Notes: generated from the sequence alone by a model not told the origin. DNA of 64,000 bases from Gammaproteobacteria bacterium (GCA_002746645.1 PDPU01000010.1:2947-66946), one strand, 5' to 3'; positions 29,199 to 41,893 are shown, numbered from the stretch's first letter. Translations and numbers: made by a program.

Positions 29199-30149
29199 AT
29201 GACACTGATCTCCACCATCCAGGCATCACCCGCGCTCTTCTACCTCATCGTCGGCTTCGTGAGCCTGATGGTGGGCAGCTTCCTGAACGTGGTCATCCAT
29301 CGCCTGCCGATCATGATGGAGCGTGCCTGGCGTGAGGGGCTGGCGGAACTCGATGCGGTCGACGGCGAGTTGGATACCGTAGCCAACGCCGACAACGGCG
29401 CCGAGACCAGCACCGACAACGACGCCGAGACCAGCATCGAAACCGGCACCCAGGCCAACACCAGAACCGACGTCTTCAACCTCGCCGTGCCCCGCTCGTG
29501 CTGCCCGAACTGTGGCCACCAGATCACGGCGCTCGAAAACATCCCGGTGCTGAGCTATCTCGTGCTGGGCGGCAAGTGTTCCAGTTGCAGAACACCGATC
29601 TCGGTTCGCTACCCCATCGTCGAATTCGTGACGATGCTGCTGTCGCTCATCGTTGCCTGGCAGCTCGGCCCGACGCCGCAGGCAGTGCTCGGCATCATCG
29701 TCACCTGGTTCCTCGTGGCCATGTCGATGATCGACTTCGACCATCAGCTCCTGCCCGACAACCTGACCCTGCCACTCATGTGGATCGGGCTGCTCGCGGC
29801 GCTCGTGCCTGTGCTTGCCGACCTACGCTCGGCCGTGATCGGCGCCGCCGCCGGTTATCTGATTCTCTGGAGCATCTTTCAGCTCTTCAGGCTCGTCACG
29901 GGCAAGGAAGGCATGGGCTACGGCGACTTCAAGCTCCTCGCGGCCCTGGGTGCGCTCCTCGGCTGGCAGGCGCTGCCGATGGTGATTCTGCTATCGTCTC
30001 TCGTGGGTGCGGTCGTCGGCATCGCCATCATCATGGTCACCGGGCGGGACAGGAACATCCCCATTCCCTTCGGGCCCTATCTCGCCGCCGCGGGCTGGAT
30101 CGCGATGCTCTGGGGTGACGGCATCATGCGCTGGTATCAGGGGTTCTGA
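29199..30149 (+). CDS. pilD: Prepilin peptidase/N-methyltransferase PilD
   Basis: GSFLNVVIHRLP, two CxxC pairs, IDFDHQLLPD, GMGYGDFKL, PFGPYLA. Confidence 0.95.
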   Translation: MTLISTIQASPALFYLIVGFVSLMVGSFLNVVIHRLPIMMERAWREGLAELDAVDGELDTVANADNGAETSTDNDAETSIETGTQANTRTDVFNLAVPRSCCPNCGHQITALENIPVLSYLVLGGKCSSCRTPISVRYPIVEFVTMLLSLIVAWQLGPTPQAVLGIIVTWFLVAMSMIDFDHQLLPDNLTLPLMWIGLLAALVPVLADLRSAVIGAAAGYLILWSIFQLFRLVTGKEGMGYGDFKLLAALGALLGWQALPMVILLSSLVGAVVGIAIIMVTGRDRNIPIPFGPYLAAAGWIAMLWGDGIMRWYQGF

Positions 30150-30211
30150 GGCCGACAGGTTCGAGCGGTTCGGGCATCGGCGCTCCTCAGGGTCGGGAGG
30201 TGTGCAGTTCC

Positions 30212-30826
30212 ATGTTGTCGATAGGCCTGACCGGTGGCATCGCCAGCGGCAAGACGCTCGTCTCCGGTCGGCTCGCCGAACGCGGTGCATTCGTCATCGA
30301 CGCGGACGTGATCGCACGTGAGGTGGTCGAACCGGGTTCGGCCGGATTGAATGCGCTGGTAAACGCCTTTTCCCCCGTCATTCTCACCGCCGACAAGGCA
30401 CTCGACCGTCAGGCGCTTCGTCGCATCATCTTCAGCGACGACACGGCGCGCGAGCGCGTCAACGACATCCTGCACCCGCTGATACGGCAACGCGGTGACG
30501 AGCTTCGGCAGGCTGCCGCGGCGTCAGGCGAGTTCCCCTATTCCGTCCATGCCATTCCACTCCTGCTGGAAACCGGGCAGGCTGATCGCTTCGATCGCAT
30601 TCTCGTTGTCGACGTACCGCGCGACATTCAACTCGACAGACTCATGGCCCGCGACGGTGCCGATCGTTCCCAGGCCGAAGCAATCCTCGATGCCCAGGCT
30701 TCACGCGAGGATCGCCTTGCCATCGCCGACGACATCATCGACAACAGCGGCAGCCCCGAAAACACCCTGGCGGCAACCGATGCACTGCATCGTCACTACC
30801 TCGAACTCGCTGGCGCCGGCAGATGA
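30212..30826 (+). CDS. coaE: Dephospho-CoA kinase
   Basis: IGLTGGIASGKT, DADVIAREVV, HPLI, IPLLLE. Confidence 0.94.
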   Translation: MLSIGLTGGIASGKTLVSGRLAERGAFVIDADVIAREVVEPGSAGLNALVNAFSPVILTADKALDRQALRRIIFSDDTARERVNDILHPLIRQRGDELRQAAAASGEFPYSVHAIPLLLETGQADRFDRILVVDVPRDIQLDRLMARDGADRSQAEAILDAQASREDRLAIADDIIDNSGSPENTLAATDALHRHYLELAGAGR

Positions 30827-31045
30827 AACCGCGCCGGCAGCGTCAGAACCACATCGGAAACACCGGATTCCGACCGTTCCGCGAGCGGCATCACGGACAC
30901 GTCATCCTCCCCTGATTCTCCAGGAACACTATCCGCTCTGTCAGGCCAATGCCTGACTGGCGCCGACATTCAGGATGGAACAGGGCAGAGTGGCGTTCTT
31001 CTTCAAGATGCACACCGCGTGCAGCGTGTCGGACCTGGCCGGCAA

Positions 31046-31501
31046 TCAGAAGTCGAACGTTTCCCGAAGCTGCGCAATCACCGGACGATTCGCAGCCGGG
31101 AAACGGGCCTCGTCCAAGTCGGCAATGCGCTTCCAGGCCAGCGTCTGCCCTTCCCGCCCCTCGGGCTCGCCTGCAAAAGCCATGACATCGAAGAAGTGCA
31201 GCCGCACGGTCTTGTCGCCATAGTCGTGCGTGAGGCTCACACGCGCGGCACTCTCGAGCACGGTGATGCCGATCTCCTCGGCCAGCTCCCTCGCGAGGGC
31301 GTCCGCCGCCACCTCGCCACGCTCGAGCTTGCCACCCGGAAATTCCCACAGCCCACCGAGGTGCTGATCGCTGCGGCGAAGCGACACCAGCACGGCATCG
31401 CGCGCCGCGTTGAAGATCACCGCCGCGGCGACGTCGATGACGGGCCTGTCGCTCACGTTCGGCATGACGTCGCTGACTGGCCTCCCGCTCACCTTCCGCA
31501 T
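31046..31501 (-). CDS. mutT: 8-oxo-dGTP diphosphatase MutT (start ambiguous because of a 36-bp triplication)
   Basis: Nudix box WEFPGGKLERGE....ALARELAEEIG, GREGQ, FPAAN. Confidence 0.9.
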   Translation of the reverse strand: MRKVSGRPVSDVMPNVSDRPVIDVAAAVIFNAARDAVLVSLRRSDQHLGGLWEFPGGKLERGEVAADALARELAEEIGITVLESAARVSLTHDYGDKTVRLHFFDVMAFAGEPEGREGQTLAWKRIADLDEARFPAANRPVIAQLRETFDF

Positions 31502-31532
31502 GACATCGATGACTGGTCTGTCGCTCAGGTTC
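31425..31532. repeat. Three degenerate 36-bp tandem repeats at the argJ-mutT junction
   Basis: Minus strand gaacctgagcgacagaccagtcatcgatgtcatgcg / gaaggtgagcgggaggccagtcagcgacgtcatgcc / gaacgtgagcgacaggcccgtcatcgacgtcgccgc. Confidence 0.75.
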
Positions 31533-32769
31533 GGTATTCGGCGTTCACCGTCACGTATTCGTGCGAGAGATCGCTCGTGTAGACCCGTGTTTCCGCTTCT
31601 CCGCGACCGAGCTGCACACCGATCTCGATATCGGTTTCCGCCATGACCGCGCTGGCGCGCTCCTCGCTGTAGCCCGCAACGATGCCACCCTTCTCGAAGG
31701 CGGGAACATCACCGATGCGCACGCGAACCACATTGCTGTCGAAGTCCGGAAGTTCCGTCTTGCCGATGGCCATGAGCAGCCGGCCGAGATTGGCGTCGCT
31801 CGCGAACATGGCGGTCTTCACGAGGGGTGAATTCGCGATGGCATAGGCGACCTCGCGCGCTTCGGCATCGTCGCGCCCCCCCTCCACCACCACCGTGACG
31901 AACTTGCTGGCCCCTTCGGCATCGCGAATGACGGCCTGGGCAAGATCCAGACAGACGGCATCGAGCGTCGACTGGAATTTCTGCCAGTTATCGTCACCGC
32001 GCGACAGCGACACACCACTTGCGCCCGTCGCGCTCAGCAGGCAGGCATCGTTGGTGGAGGTATCGCTGTCGACCGTGATGGCGTTGAAGGACCGTGCCAC
32101 GGCCTCGTGCAGCGCCGCGTCAAGGTCCGGCATGTCGATGGTGGCATCCGTGAACACGTAACTCAGCATCGTGGCCATGTTCGGCTGGATCATGCCTGCA
32201 CCCTTGGCCATGCCGGTGATGGTGATGCGCTGACCCGCGCACACGAGTTCACGCGAAGTGAGCTTCACCTGGGTGTCGGTGGTCATGATGCCGCGCGCGG
32301 CCGCTTCCCAGTCGGCAAGCGGCGCCAGCGGTTCCTCGGCCTTGTCCCGCAGCACCGATGCCGCCTTCTCGATACCGGCCAGCATGCGCTCATCCGGCAG
32401 CAACTGGCCGATGACGCCCGTGGAGAAAGGCAGCACCGTCTCCGTCGCCACTCCGAGTGCCGACGCCAGTGCCTTGCAATGACCGCGCGCCATGAGCCGC
32501 CCGGGCTCGCCGGTGCCGGCGTTGGCGTTGCCGGAGTTGATCAGCAGCACGCGGGTACCACCGGACGAGGATTCGAGGTGCTCACGCGCAACCGTGACGG
32601 GCGCGGCACAGAAACCGTTCTTCGTGAAGACACCGGCAGTGACGGTACCTTCGGGCAGGGTGATGACCACCATGTCGTCGCTGCCGCTGGCCTTGATGCC
32701 GGCGGCAAGCGTGGTGAGGTGAACACCCGGAACAGGAATGGCGGGAGCGAGAGTGAGAGGAAGGGGCAT
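31525..32769 (-). CDS. argJ: Bifunctional ornithine acetyltransferase ArgJ
   Basis: NSGNANAGTG, STGVIG, KGAGMI.PNMATML, DTSTND, DAEGASK, NAEYRT. Confidence 0.96.
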   Translation of the reverse strand: MPLPLTLAPAIPVPGVHLTTLAAGIKASGSDDMVVITLPEGTVTAGVFTKNGFCAAPVTVAREHLESSSGGTRVLLINSGNANAGTGEPGRLMARGHCKALASALGVATETVLPFSTGVIGQLLPDERMLAGIEKAASVLRDKAEEPLAPLADWEAAARGIMTTDTQVKLTSRELVCAGQRITITGMAKGAGMIQPNMATMLSYVFTDATIDMPDLDAALHEAVARSFNAITVDSDTSTNDACLLSATGASGVSLSRGDDNWQKFQSTLDAVCLDLAQAVIRDAEGASKFVTVVVEGGRDDAEAREVAYAIANSPLVKTAMFASDANLGRLLMAIGKTELPDFDSNVVRVRIGDVPAFEKGGIVAGYSEERASAVMAETDIEIGVQLGRGEAETRVYTSDLSHEYVTVNAEYRT

Positions 32770-32832
32770 GGTGCTCTGATGAATTGATGGTCGATGGCGA
32801 GCCAGTCTACTCCACGTCGTTCAATCTGACGC

Positions 32833-32928
32833 ACTGCTTCACTACCGCACTACCGCACTACCGCACCGCCGCACTGCCGCACCGCCGCACCGCCGCACTG
32901 CCGCACTGGCTCACTGCCGCACTGGTTC
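32833..32928. repeat. 8-bp microsatellite, 12 units of ACYRCCGC-like sequence
   Basis: actgcttc-(actaccgc)x3-accgccgc-actgccgc-(accgccgc)x2-actgccgc-actggctc-actgccgc-actggttc. Confidence 0.9.
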
Positions 32929-33078
32929 TCTGTCGCGAAGGCGACGGGTGACACCAGGCCCATGCCAACCCGCTCGCAATTCCGGCAACGAACTACCGCG
33001 AATGCTTGCGACACCATCTGATTCAGGGCAGCCTGTCGATGGCCCGACGGATTCGGGTCGGTATCAGGAACGGACTCC

Positions 33079-35601
33079 ATGCCTGCCAAGCACCTCGCGC
33101 GGCGATCACGCCGGCGACATTCATCCCGCGTCTTTCTGTCACTGGTCTTTCTGGTGTCTGCAACATTCGCCGCCCTGTCCACTTCGGCAGCCACCCGTGA
33201 TTCGGGCGCGCCTGACAACAGCTGCCCGACAGACCCCGCACCCGGGTCCGCCTGTGCAAGCGGCACAGACGTCGGCGTCGCGGCACGTTCCCTCGGGCCG
33301 AACCGCCACGTCGGCAACCCGATCGACGCCATCTCCGGCAACAAGTACCAGTTCGCACAGGACTTCAAGGCCGTCGGCTCGCCACTCGCGTTCGCTCGGC
33401 ACTACAACAGCTCCCTCGCCGACTACGACATCGGGCTCGGTCACGGCTGGCGACACAGCTACAACATGCGCCTCAGCCGACAGGATGCACTTACGCTGAG
33501 CCTTGTCCAGGCCGACGGGCGCGTGCTTCTGTTTCAACGGCAAAACGAAACCGAAACACACTACCGCTCCGCCACCAGAGAATACGGTGATGTCGTCGAC
33601 ATCGGCAATCATCGCCATCAATGGCAACTGCCGAGTGGCGAGCGCTACGAATTCCTCGGTAGCTGGCTGGTCGAAATCATTGGCGCGGATCCCGACAGCC
33701 AGCGACTGAGCCTCTTCTATCGCAACCAGCGCCTGCACAGCGTCACCGACAACTACGGGCGAACGATCGTACTGCACTACACCCCCGGCGAGCGGGGCGG
33801 CATCCCGCGCTACGGCGACGCTCAACGCCAGGCCGGCCATCTCGAAGCCCTCGAATTGCCCGATGGCAGCCGTGTGGAATACCGCTACGACGGCTTCAAC
33901 CTAGCAACCGTGGCCTACCAGTCCGCGAACGCCGGCGCTGCATATTCACACGAATCGGCGAACGACGCCGACGCCAACACCGACGATGGATCACTCACCT
34001 TCTCCGCCCACGGCGAAACAGACGACATCGCCGCCGGCATCGTCGCCGGTATCGCGGAAAACGAACTCACCCGTTACGCCTACGACGACGCCATCCACCC
34101 ACACTACCTGACGCGGCAGGTCACGACCGTCGACATCGGCAACGCGACGAACCGGGAAACACGCTCCTGGACCTACGACGATGCCGGACGCGCCATCACG
34201 TACTCGGAAAACGGCACGACGCAGCTCTCCATCAACTACGGTGAAACACAGCCCTTCGCGGTCGAGGGCATATCGACCGTGCGCCATCACGAGACGGGCC
34301 TCGTCGAGAGCTACGAGTGGTCCCGGGCGGGCGCGACGGGCGATGCCCGAGTCGAGCGCATCCTGCGCCAGCCCTGCAACGACTGTACGTCTGTCACCGT
34401 GTTCGAGCGACAGGCCAGTGTCGCTGCCGTTGATCGGGAAAACACCACCACGGATTCGGGCACAGCCGCATCTTCAGGTACGAGCAACGATACGGACATC
34501 GGTACGAACAACGATGCGAATTACGGTGCGGGCATCGGTGCAGACATCGGTGCAGATGCAATGGTCAACGCCGGGCAGACCTCAGCCAATCCGCTGCCGG
34601 TTCTGAGGCTTGTCTCGACCGATGGACTCGACACCGTCTTCGAAGACCGGTTCGGATACCGATATGCCATCACGGCGAATCGACAGGGGCGGGTTGTCGC
34701 TGTTCGCCGGCAGGAAACCGGCGGACCGAAGCTCAGGATTGACGAATTCGGAGAAGCGATGGACCTTGCCACGGTGGCCGCTGTTGCGGAGTCCAGTGGC
34801 GGGATCACACCGCGCGCACTCGGCCTCCCGAACCTCAATCGACGCTTTTGCCGAATTCCGGACAACACGACCTGTGAGGAAATGAAGCGTGCTCAGGAAC
34901 TCGCCCTGCTTGCCGAATGCGCCTACGCCGAGGTAACTTGTCCATCGGAATGGCAGACCATTACACCGGCATCAATAGGATTCAACCCCGAGGATTTCGA
35001 GACAGGGGGGTTCTTTGCCAAACTCCTCTACAACGCCTCGACAGGCGAATACGTGCTTTCCTTTCGCGGCACGGATGACAGGGTCGACTGGCAGGAAGAC
35101 ATAATACAGAACATGGGCGTGCTTACGGATCAATATCAGCAGGCACACGATCTGGCAATAAAGGTAACCGAGTATCTAGGCTCACCGCCGACCTACGCAG
35201 GGCACTCTCTGGGTGGAGGTCTGGCCACGACAGCCGCACTCTCGACCAGTGGTCACGCCACGGTATTCAACTCGGCATCCCTGCACCCCGACACCGCTGC
35301 ACAACTGGAAATCAGCCGCGACGGGGCAGAACAGCAGGTGGTCAACTATCACGTCAAAGGCGAAGTCGTTACGGAACTTCAGGACAACGGTCGCGTACCT
35401 GGATCGTTCCTCAGGCCCCTTCTCCCTTTTACCATCACCGCAGTTGACATAATAACTGTTGCGAACCCGGCACCTGGTCAACGTGTCGAGATTGAACCCG
35501 TATCCATCATCAATCCATCGGGTATCAAAAGACATTACATGGCATCGGTTCTCGATTCCCTTGAATACCACCTCCGTTACGGCTGCGGAAAGACACCATG
35601 A
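33079..35601 (+). CDS. Exported DUF6531/YD-repeat (truncated RHS) protein with a C-terminal PhlA-like phospholipase toxin domain
   Basis: Signal peptide; VGNPIDAISGNKYQ...PLAFARHYNS...GLGHGWRHSY; a few YD repeats; C-terminal YVLSFRGTDD..DW, QYQQA, GHSLGGGLA..AAL, TVFN, late His. Confidence 0.8.
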   Translation: MPAKHLARRSRRRHSSRVFLSLVFLVSATFAALSTSAATRDSGAPDNSCPTDPAPGSACASGTDVGVAARSLGPNRHVGNPIDAISGNKYQFAQDFKAVGSPLAFARHYNSSLADYDIGLGHGWRHSYNMRLSRQDALTLSLVQADGRVLLFQRQNETETHYRSATREYGDVVDIGNHRHQWQLPSGERYEFLGSWLVEIIGADPDSQRLSLFYRNQRLHSVTDNYGRTIVLHYTPGERGGIPRYGDAQRQAGHLEALELPDGSRVEYRYDGFNLATVAYQSANAGAAYSHESANDADANTDDGSLTFSAHGETDDIAAGIVAGIAENELTRYAYDDAIHPHYLTRQVTTVDIGNATNRETRSWTYDDAGRAITYSENGTTQLSINYGETQPFAVEGISTVRHHETGLVESYEWSRAGATGDARVERILRQPCNDCTSVTVFERQASVAAVDRENTTTDSGTAASSGTSNDTDIGTNNDANYGAGIGADIGADAMVNAGQTSANPLPVLRLVSTDGLDTVFEDRFGYRYAITANRQGRVVAVRRQETGGPKLRIDEFGEAMDLATVAAVAESSGGITPRALGLPNLNRRFCRIPDNTTCEEMKRAQELALLAECAYAEVTCPSEWQTITPASIGFNPEDFETGGFFAKLLYNASTGEYVLSFRGTDDRVDWQEDIIQNMGVLTDQYQQAHDLAIKVTEYLGSPPTYAGHSLGGGLATTAALSTSGHATVFNSASLHPDTAAQLEISRDGAEQQVVNYHVKGEVVTELQDNGRVPGSFLRPLLPFTITAVDIITVANPAPGQRVEIEPVSIINPSGIKRHYMASVLDSLEYHLRYGCGKTP

Positions 35602-36320
35602 AAAACACCTTTTACCAACTGGCTCTTGTTCTCACCTTTGTTGCGTCAGCTCTTGTACCAACGACAGACGTCCTGGCAGGCAACAACACCGGCCCGAACT
35701 CGACGAAATGGACTGATGAAGAGGTCGCGTTTCTTTACGAACCGAATGGCAAGCAGGCGCATCACGATCTGCTGGCTGCGATTCACTACTTCGACAAGAA
35801 GCGTTTTGATGCTGCACTGGAAGCCATTACCGACGCTTCCTATCTGGCGGATCCGTACAACCCTCGAGAAAACGCGCTTTGTACAGCAACGGTCAAGGGC
35901 AAATCGTACGCCTTGCAGGCACTGCTGGACAAGGGTGCCGACCCGAACTTCCATCACGAATTCAGTGACGGCAGTCAGACACGACTACCGTTGACCTGTG
36001 CATTGTATTTTCAGAACGACGATGCATTCTTCGCACTGGTGGAGGCCGGGGCAGACATTCATCTTGACCAGACCCTCCGTGAAAGCAAGGGACTCACGCC
36101 GTATTCCCTATTCAGTGCAGCATCATCCACACCCTCGAGAACAGCCAAGTACCTGCTCGAAAACGCCAGAATCACCGAAAATGACCTGGGAGTCGTGAGA
36201 CTCAAGGTCGAACTCACGCGCCACAAGAAGGACAGCGAATACGGCCGCTGGTTCCTGCGCCTCGCACGCCTGCTCGAGGAGCGCGGCGTGGAGTTCACCT
36301 TGCCGCCGCAGCTCCGATAG
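35598..36320 (+). CDS. Exported ankyrin-repeat protein, probable PhlB-like immunity protein
   Basis: Signal peptide ending VLA; ankyrin-like ALLDKGADPN and ALVEAGADI; ATGA overlap with the toxin stop. Confidence 0.72.
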   Translation: MKNTFYQLALVLTFVASALVPTTDVLAGNNTGPNSTKWTDEEVAFLYEPNGKQAHHDLLAAIHYFDKKRFDAALEAITDASYLADPYNPRENALCTATVKGKSYALQALLDKGADPNFHHEFSDGSQTRLPLTCALYFQNDDAFFALVEAGADIHLDQTLRESKGLTPYSLFSAASSTPSRTAKYLLENARITENDLGVVRLKVELTRHKKDSEYGRWFLRLARLLEERGVEFTLPPQLR

Positions 36321-36402
36321 CAAAGACTCACCGACGCTCCGGTCGGCAACGTTGATGGCAGGCGGTCAAGCGGTCAGAACACCTGAAACGCCGGGGCTGG
36401 GT

Positions 36403-39219
<2,817 letters not shown>

Positions 39220-39351
39220 GAAAGTCTTTCCGGTACGGGAACCTGCCCGCGAGTGAGCCCCACGGATCGTGCCGAAGCGCGCCGAGCGGCATTGGAGTCT
39301 TGTTCAACGCACGTATTATGGCACCGAATCTTCCCGGCGCCGATAGCAGGC

Positions 39352-40728
39352 TCAGCGCAGGAAGAACTGCGGATCGAGCGCTTCGCCCTGGTGACGGACT
39401 TCGACGTGCACATGCGGGCCCGTCGAGCGGCCGGTGTTGCCGAGGAGCGCAACCGTCTGCCCCTTCTCCACCCGCTCGCCAACGGCAACGAGATTCGTCT
39501 GGTTGTGTGCGTAGCGTGTGCGATAGCCGTCGCCATGTTCGATCTCGACGAGGAATCCGTAGCCACCGTTTCTGCCCGAGTAGGTCACGACACCCGCCGC
39601 CAGCGCCATGATCGGCTCACCCGGTTCGCCTGCGAAATCGAGACCGCGGTGAATGCGCCGCTGGCCCGTGGCGAAGTCGGTGCGATAGCCGAAGCTCGAA
39701 CTCAGACGCCCGTTTTTGATGGGTCGGCCCGAGATGCGCATGTCATGCACCTGGCGCCGATCGATGAAGATGCGTTTCAGTCGGTCTGCCTGGTGGGATA
39801 TGGGGTCGAGTGCTCGTTTTGCAAGCTCGACACGAGCGGCCGCCGAACGCCCGACGTGGCTCGCTGCGCCGAGGTGTGGACGCTGCGGGCGCTGGCGAAC
39901 GCTTGCCGTGGCTGCGCTTGCATTGACACCTGTGGCCTTGCTGCCTGCAATGGCAGCCTTGTCCGCAGTGGCAAGCATGGCCGCGGCATCAGGATCGTTC
40001 TCTTCTGCCTGACGGGCAAGCTGCAGCAGTGGTTCGCTGTCGATGTCGAATTCACCGCCATGGAGTTCCGCGACATCCGCAAGTGCCTTGAACATCACGC
40101 GCAGGCGCAGGATCTCGGCGTGCAGTTCGGCAATCTGGGCATGCACGAAGGGCGAGCCCGGATCGGTGAATCGCGCGTCGATGAGTTCGCGCCGCATCCC
40201 GGTTTCGACCCCTGTCGCGCCCTGAGCGATGCGGCCGTTCAGGTCGTGCCGGCTCGTGTCGTGCCGGCTTGTGTCATGCCGGCTTGTGTCATGCCGGCTT
40301 GTGTCATGCCGGCTTGTGTCATGCCGGCTTGCGTCTTCGCCGACGTCACTGTTTCTCGAGAGATGGTCGACCATGCTGCCGGTGTCGCTCCGGTCGTTCG
40401 CTCCACCATCATCGACAGCTCCACCACCATCTGCAGCTTGACCACCATCGGCAAAGGCCAGCGCGACCACGCTCTCGAGCGCGTCGCGGGTGTTTCCAGC
40501 GGCCACGAGCCAACCGATCATCACGCCCATGCAAAGGGTTATGATCAGTCGGGCCTGTTCGTTGAAGACAGGTGTTCGTACCGGTATCGCAGGCAATGAC
40601 AAGCGCTTCGAGGCGCTTTTCGACGGGCGCTGTGGCCTGAGCCATCCAAGGCGCAGCAGTGCCTTTACCAGCGGCAGGCGCAGGACCGGAGGCAACCTGA
40701 GGATCCAGCTCTCTGGGGTGGGTTTCAT
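39352..40728 (-). CDS. M23-family peptidase (start uncertain, possibly further downstream)
   Basis: SSSFGYR, HRGLD, YAH, GRSTGPHVHVEV; N-terminal TM segment; usual position upstream of secA. Confidence 0.82.
   Translation of the reverse strand: MKPTPESWILRLPPVLRLPLVKALLRLGWLRPQRPSKSASKRLSLPAIPVRTPVFNEQARLIITLCMGVMIGWLVAAGNTRDALESVVALAFADGGQAADGGGAVDDGGANDRSDTGSMVDHLSRNSDVGEDASRHDTSRHDTSRHDTSRHDTSRHDTSRHDLNGRIAQGATGVETGMRRELIDARFTDPGSPFVHAQIAELHAEILRLRVMFKALADVAELHGGEFDIDSEPLLQLARQAEENDPDAAAMLATADKAAIAGSKATGVNASAATASVRQRPQRPHLGAASHVGRSAAARVELAKRALDPISHQADRLKRIFIDRRQVHDMRISGRPIKNGRLSSSFGYRTDFATGQRRIHRGLDFAGEPGEPIMALAAGVVTYSGRNGGYGFLVEIEHGDGYRTRYAHNQTNLVAVGERVEKGQTVALLGNTGRSTGPHVHVEVRHQGEALDPQFFLR
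40243..40335. repeat. 15-bp in-frame VNTR, 6 units, encoding (SRHDT)n in the M23 peptidase
   Basis: gtcrtgccggctygt repeated six times. Confidence 0.92.
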
Positions 40729-41215
40729 GCAATCGCTAGTCAATCTGATCAGTACCGACCTCTCGGCCACCGTGGCCAAGGATCGGCATATCCGGGACTG
40801 CATTTCACGGATTGTGCCAGCGTCGCACGCCGCCCACGTGCAATTCTGCCGCCTCGACGAGCACTGTCTGCACCTCACACTCGACTCCGCCGCCTGGATC
40901 ACGCGGCTTCGCTTCATGGAGCGTCAACTCATTGACACCCTGCGGGAGGAACGCATCCTCGTTGACAGCGTGCGCTGGCACGTGGCGGCCACCGACGTCG
41001 ACCCACGCGCCAATGCAGCAATGGCACAGGCGGCAGTGTCGATCGGCGGAACACCTCGCCTCCGGGCCGAGCCAGTGTCCGCTCGAACTCCCCGACAGGA
41101 TTCAGTCAACGACGCTGCGGCACACTCGGTGGATGACAGGCCCGACGAAGCACTTACCCGGCGGCTGCGTGAATCGATGGCTCGCGTGACCACGAGACTG
41201 AGCGGGAAGGCGTGA
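40727..41215 (+). CDS. DciA/DUF721-family protein
   Basis: L.L..DSAAWITRLRF....L...L motif; conserved lpxC-DUF721-M23-secA position. Confidence 0.7.
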   Translation: MQSLVNLISTDLSATVAKDRHIRDCISRIVPASHAAHVQFCRLDEHCLHLTLDSAAWITRLRFMERQLIDTLREERILVDSVRWHVAATDVDPRANAAMAQAAVSIGGTPRLRAEPVSARTPRQDSVNDAAAHSVDDRPDEALTRRLRESMARVTTRLSGKA

Positions 41216-41272
41216 GCATGCTTCCTCAAGCCCGGAACGACACAAGACCGGATGACAGGCAGGTGATGATAC

Positions 41273-41893
41273 TCAGAGATACTCGATGCTGTTCCAGCTG
41301 CGTCGTATCTGGCCGCTGAGATGTGGCATCTTGCCCGCCAGTGTCTGCATCTGAAGCAGCATTGGCCCCCGTACGCCATCCCAACCGATGAACACCTTCA
41401 TGTCAACCGGGTAATCTTCGTTGCGCGAGCGAAAATCCAGTTCGTAACCCTTGAGAACACCATAGGTTCTGGCTCTCGTTTTCAGGGCTGCAGCCTGCTC
41501 TCTTGTAGCGCCGTACTGCATCGCGCCCTGCCGCAGAGCGGTTTGTGCGACCTGTTCGAACTCCTGCGCATCCATTGGCATGTGTTCAAAGCTCGTGACA
41601 CTCATCGTTGCAGGTGGATAGACATTGAGCGGTGTGTTGGCGGTGAAAATCGGTTTCTTTCCTCTCCAGAGTTTTCCGACTTCCCATGCCGGAGACGTTT
41701 CGACAACGATTCTGATGCCGAGGTCTTCATCATGAAAGACACCGACCGGACGCGCCTTGCGCTTTTCCACAGCCACCGGCAAACGATCGGAATCAGAACT
41801 CGCTTCGTGTTTGGCTGCGGATTCGGCAACCAGAAGAACAGGCAAGACGGCGCAGGCAAAGACAACCACGACCGTGGCAACAATGCGTCTCAT
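41273..41893 (-). CDS. Exported hypothetical protein, last gene of the TadE-toxin operon
   Basis: Signal peptide MRRIVATVVVVFACAVLPVLLVA; ATGA overlap with the upstream immunity copy. Confidence 0.65.
   Translation of the reverse strand: MRRIVATVVVVFACAVLPVLLVAESAAKHEASSDSDRLPVAVEKRKARPVGVFHDEDLGIRIVVETSPAWEVGKLWRGKKPIFTANTPLNVYPPATMSVTSFEHMPMDAQEFEQVAQTALRQGAMQYGATREQAAALKTRARTYGVLKGYELDFRSRNEDYPVDMKVFIGWDGVRGPMLLQMQTLAGKMPHLSGQIRRSWNSIEYL

Noticed and set aside
33079-33190. Tat signal in the RHS-like protein (RRSRRRH)
   Set aside because: It is Arg-rich but lacks the S/T-R-R-x-F-L-K spacing; a Sec signal is more plausible. A predictor is needed to settle this.
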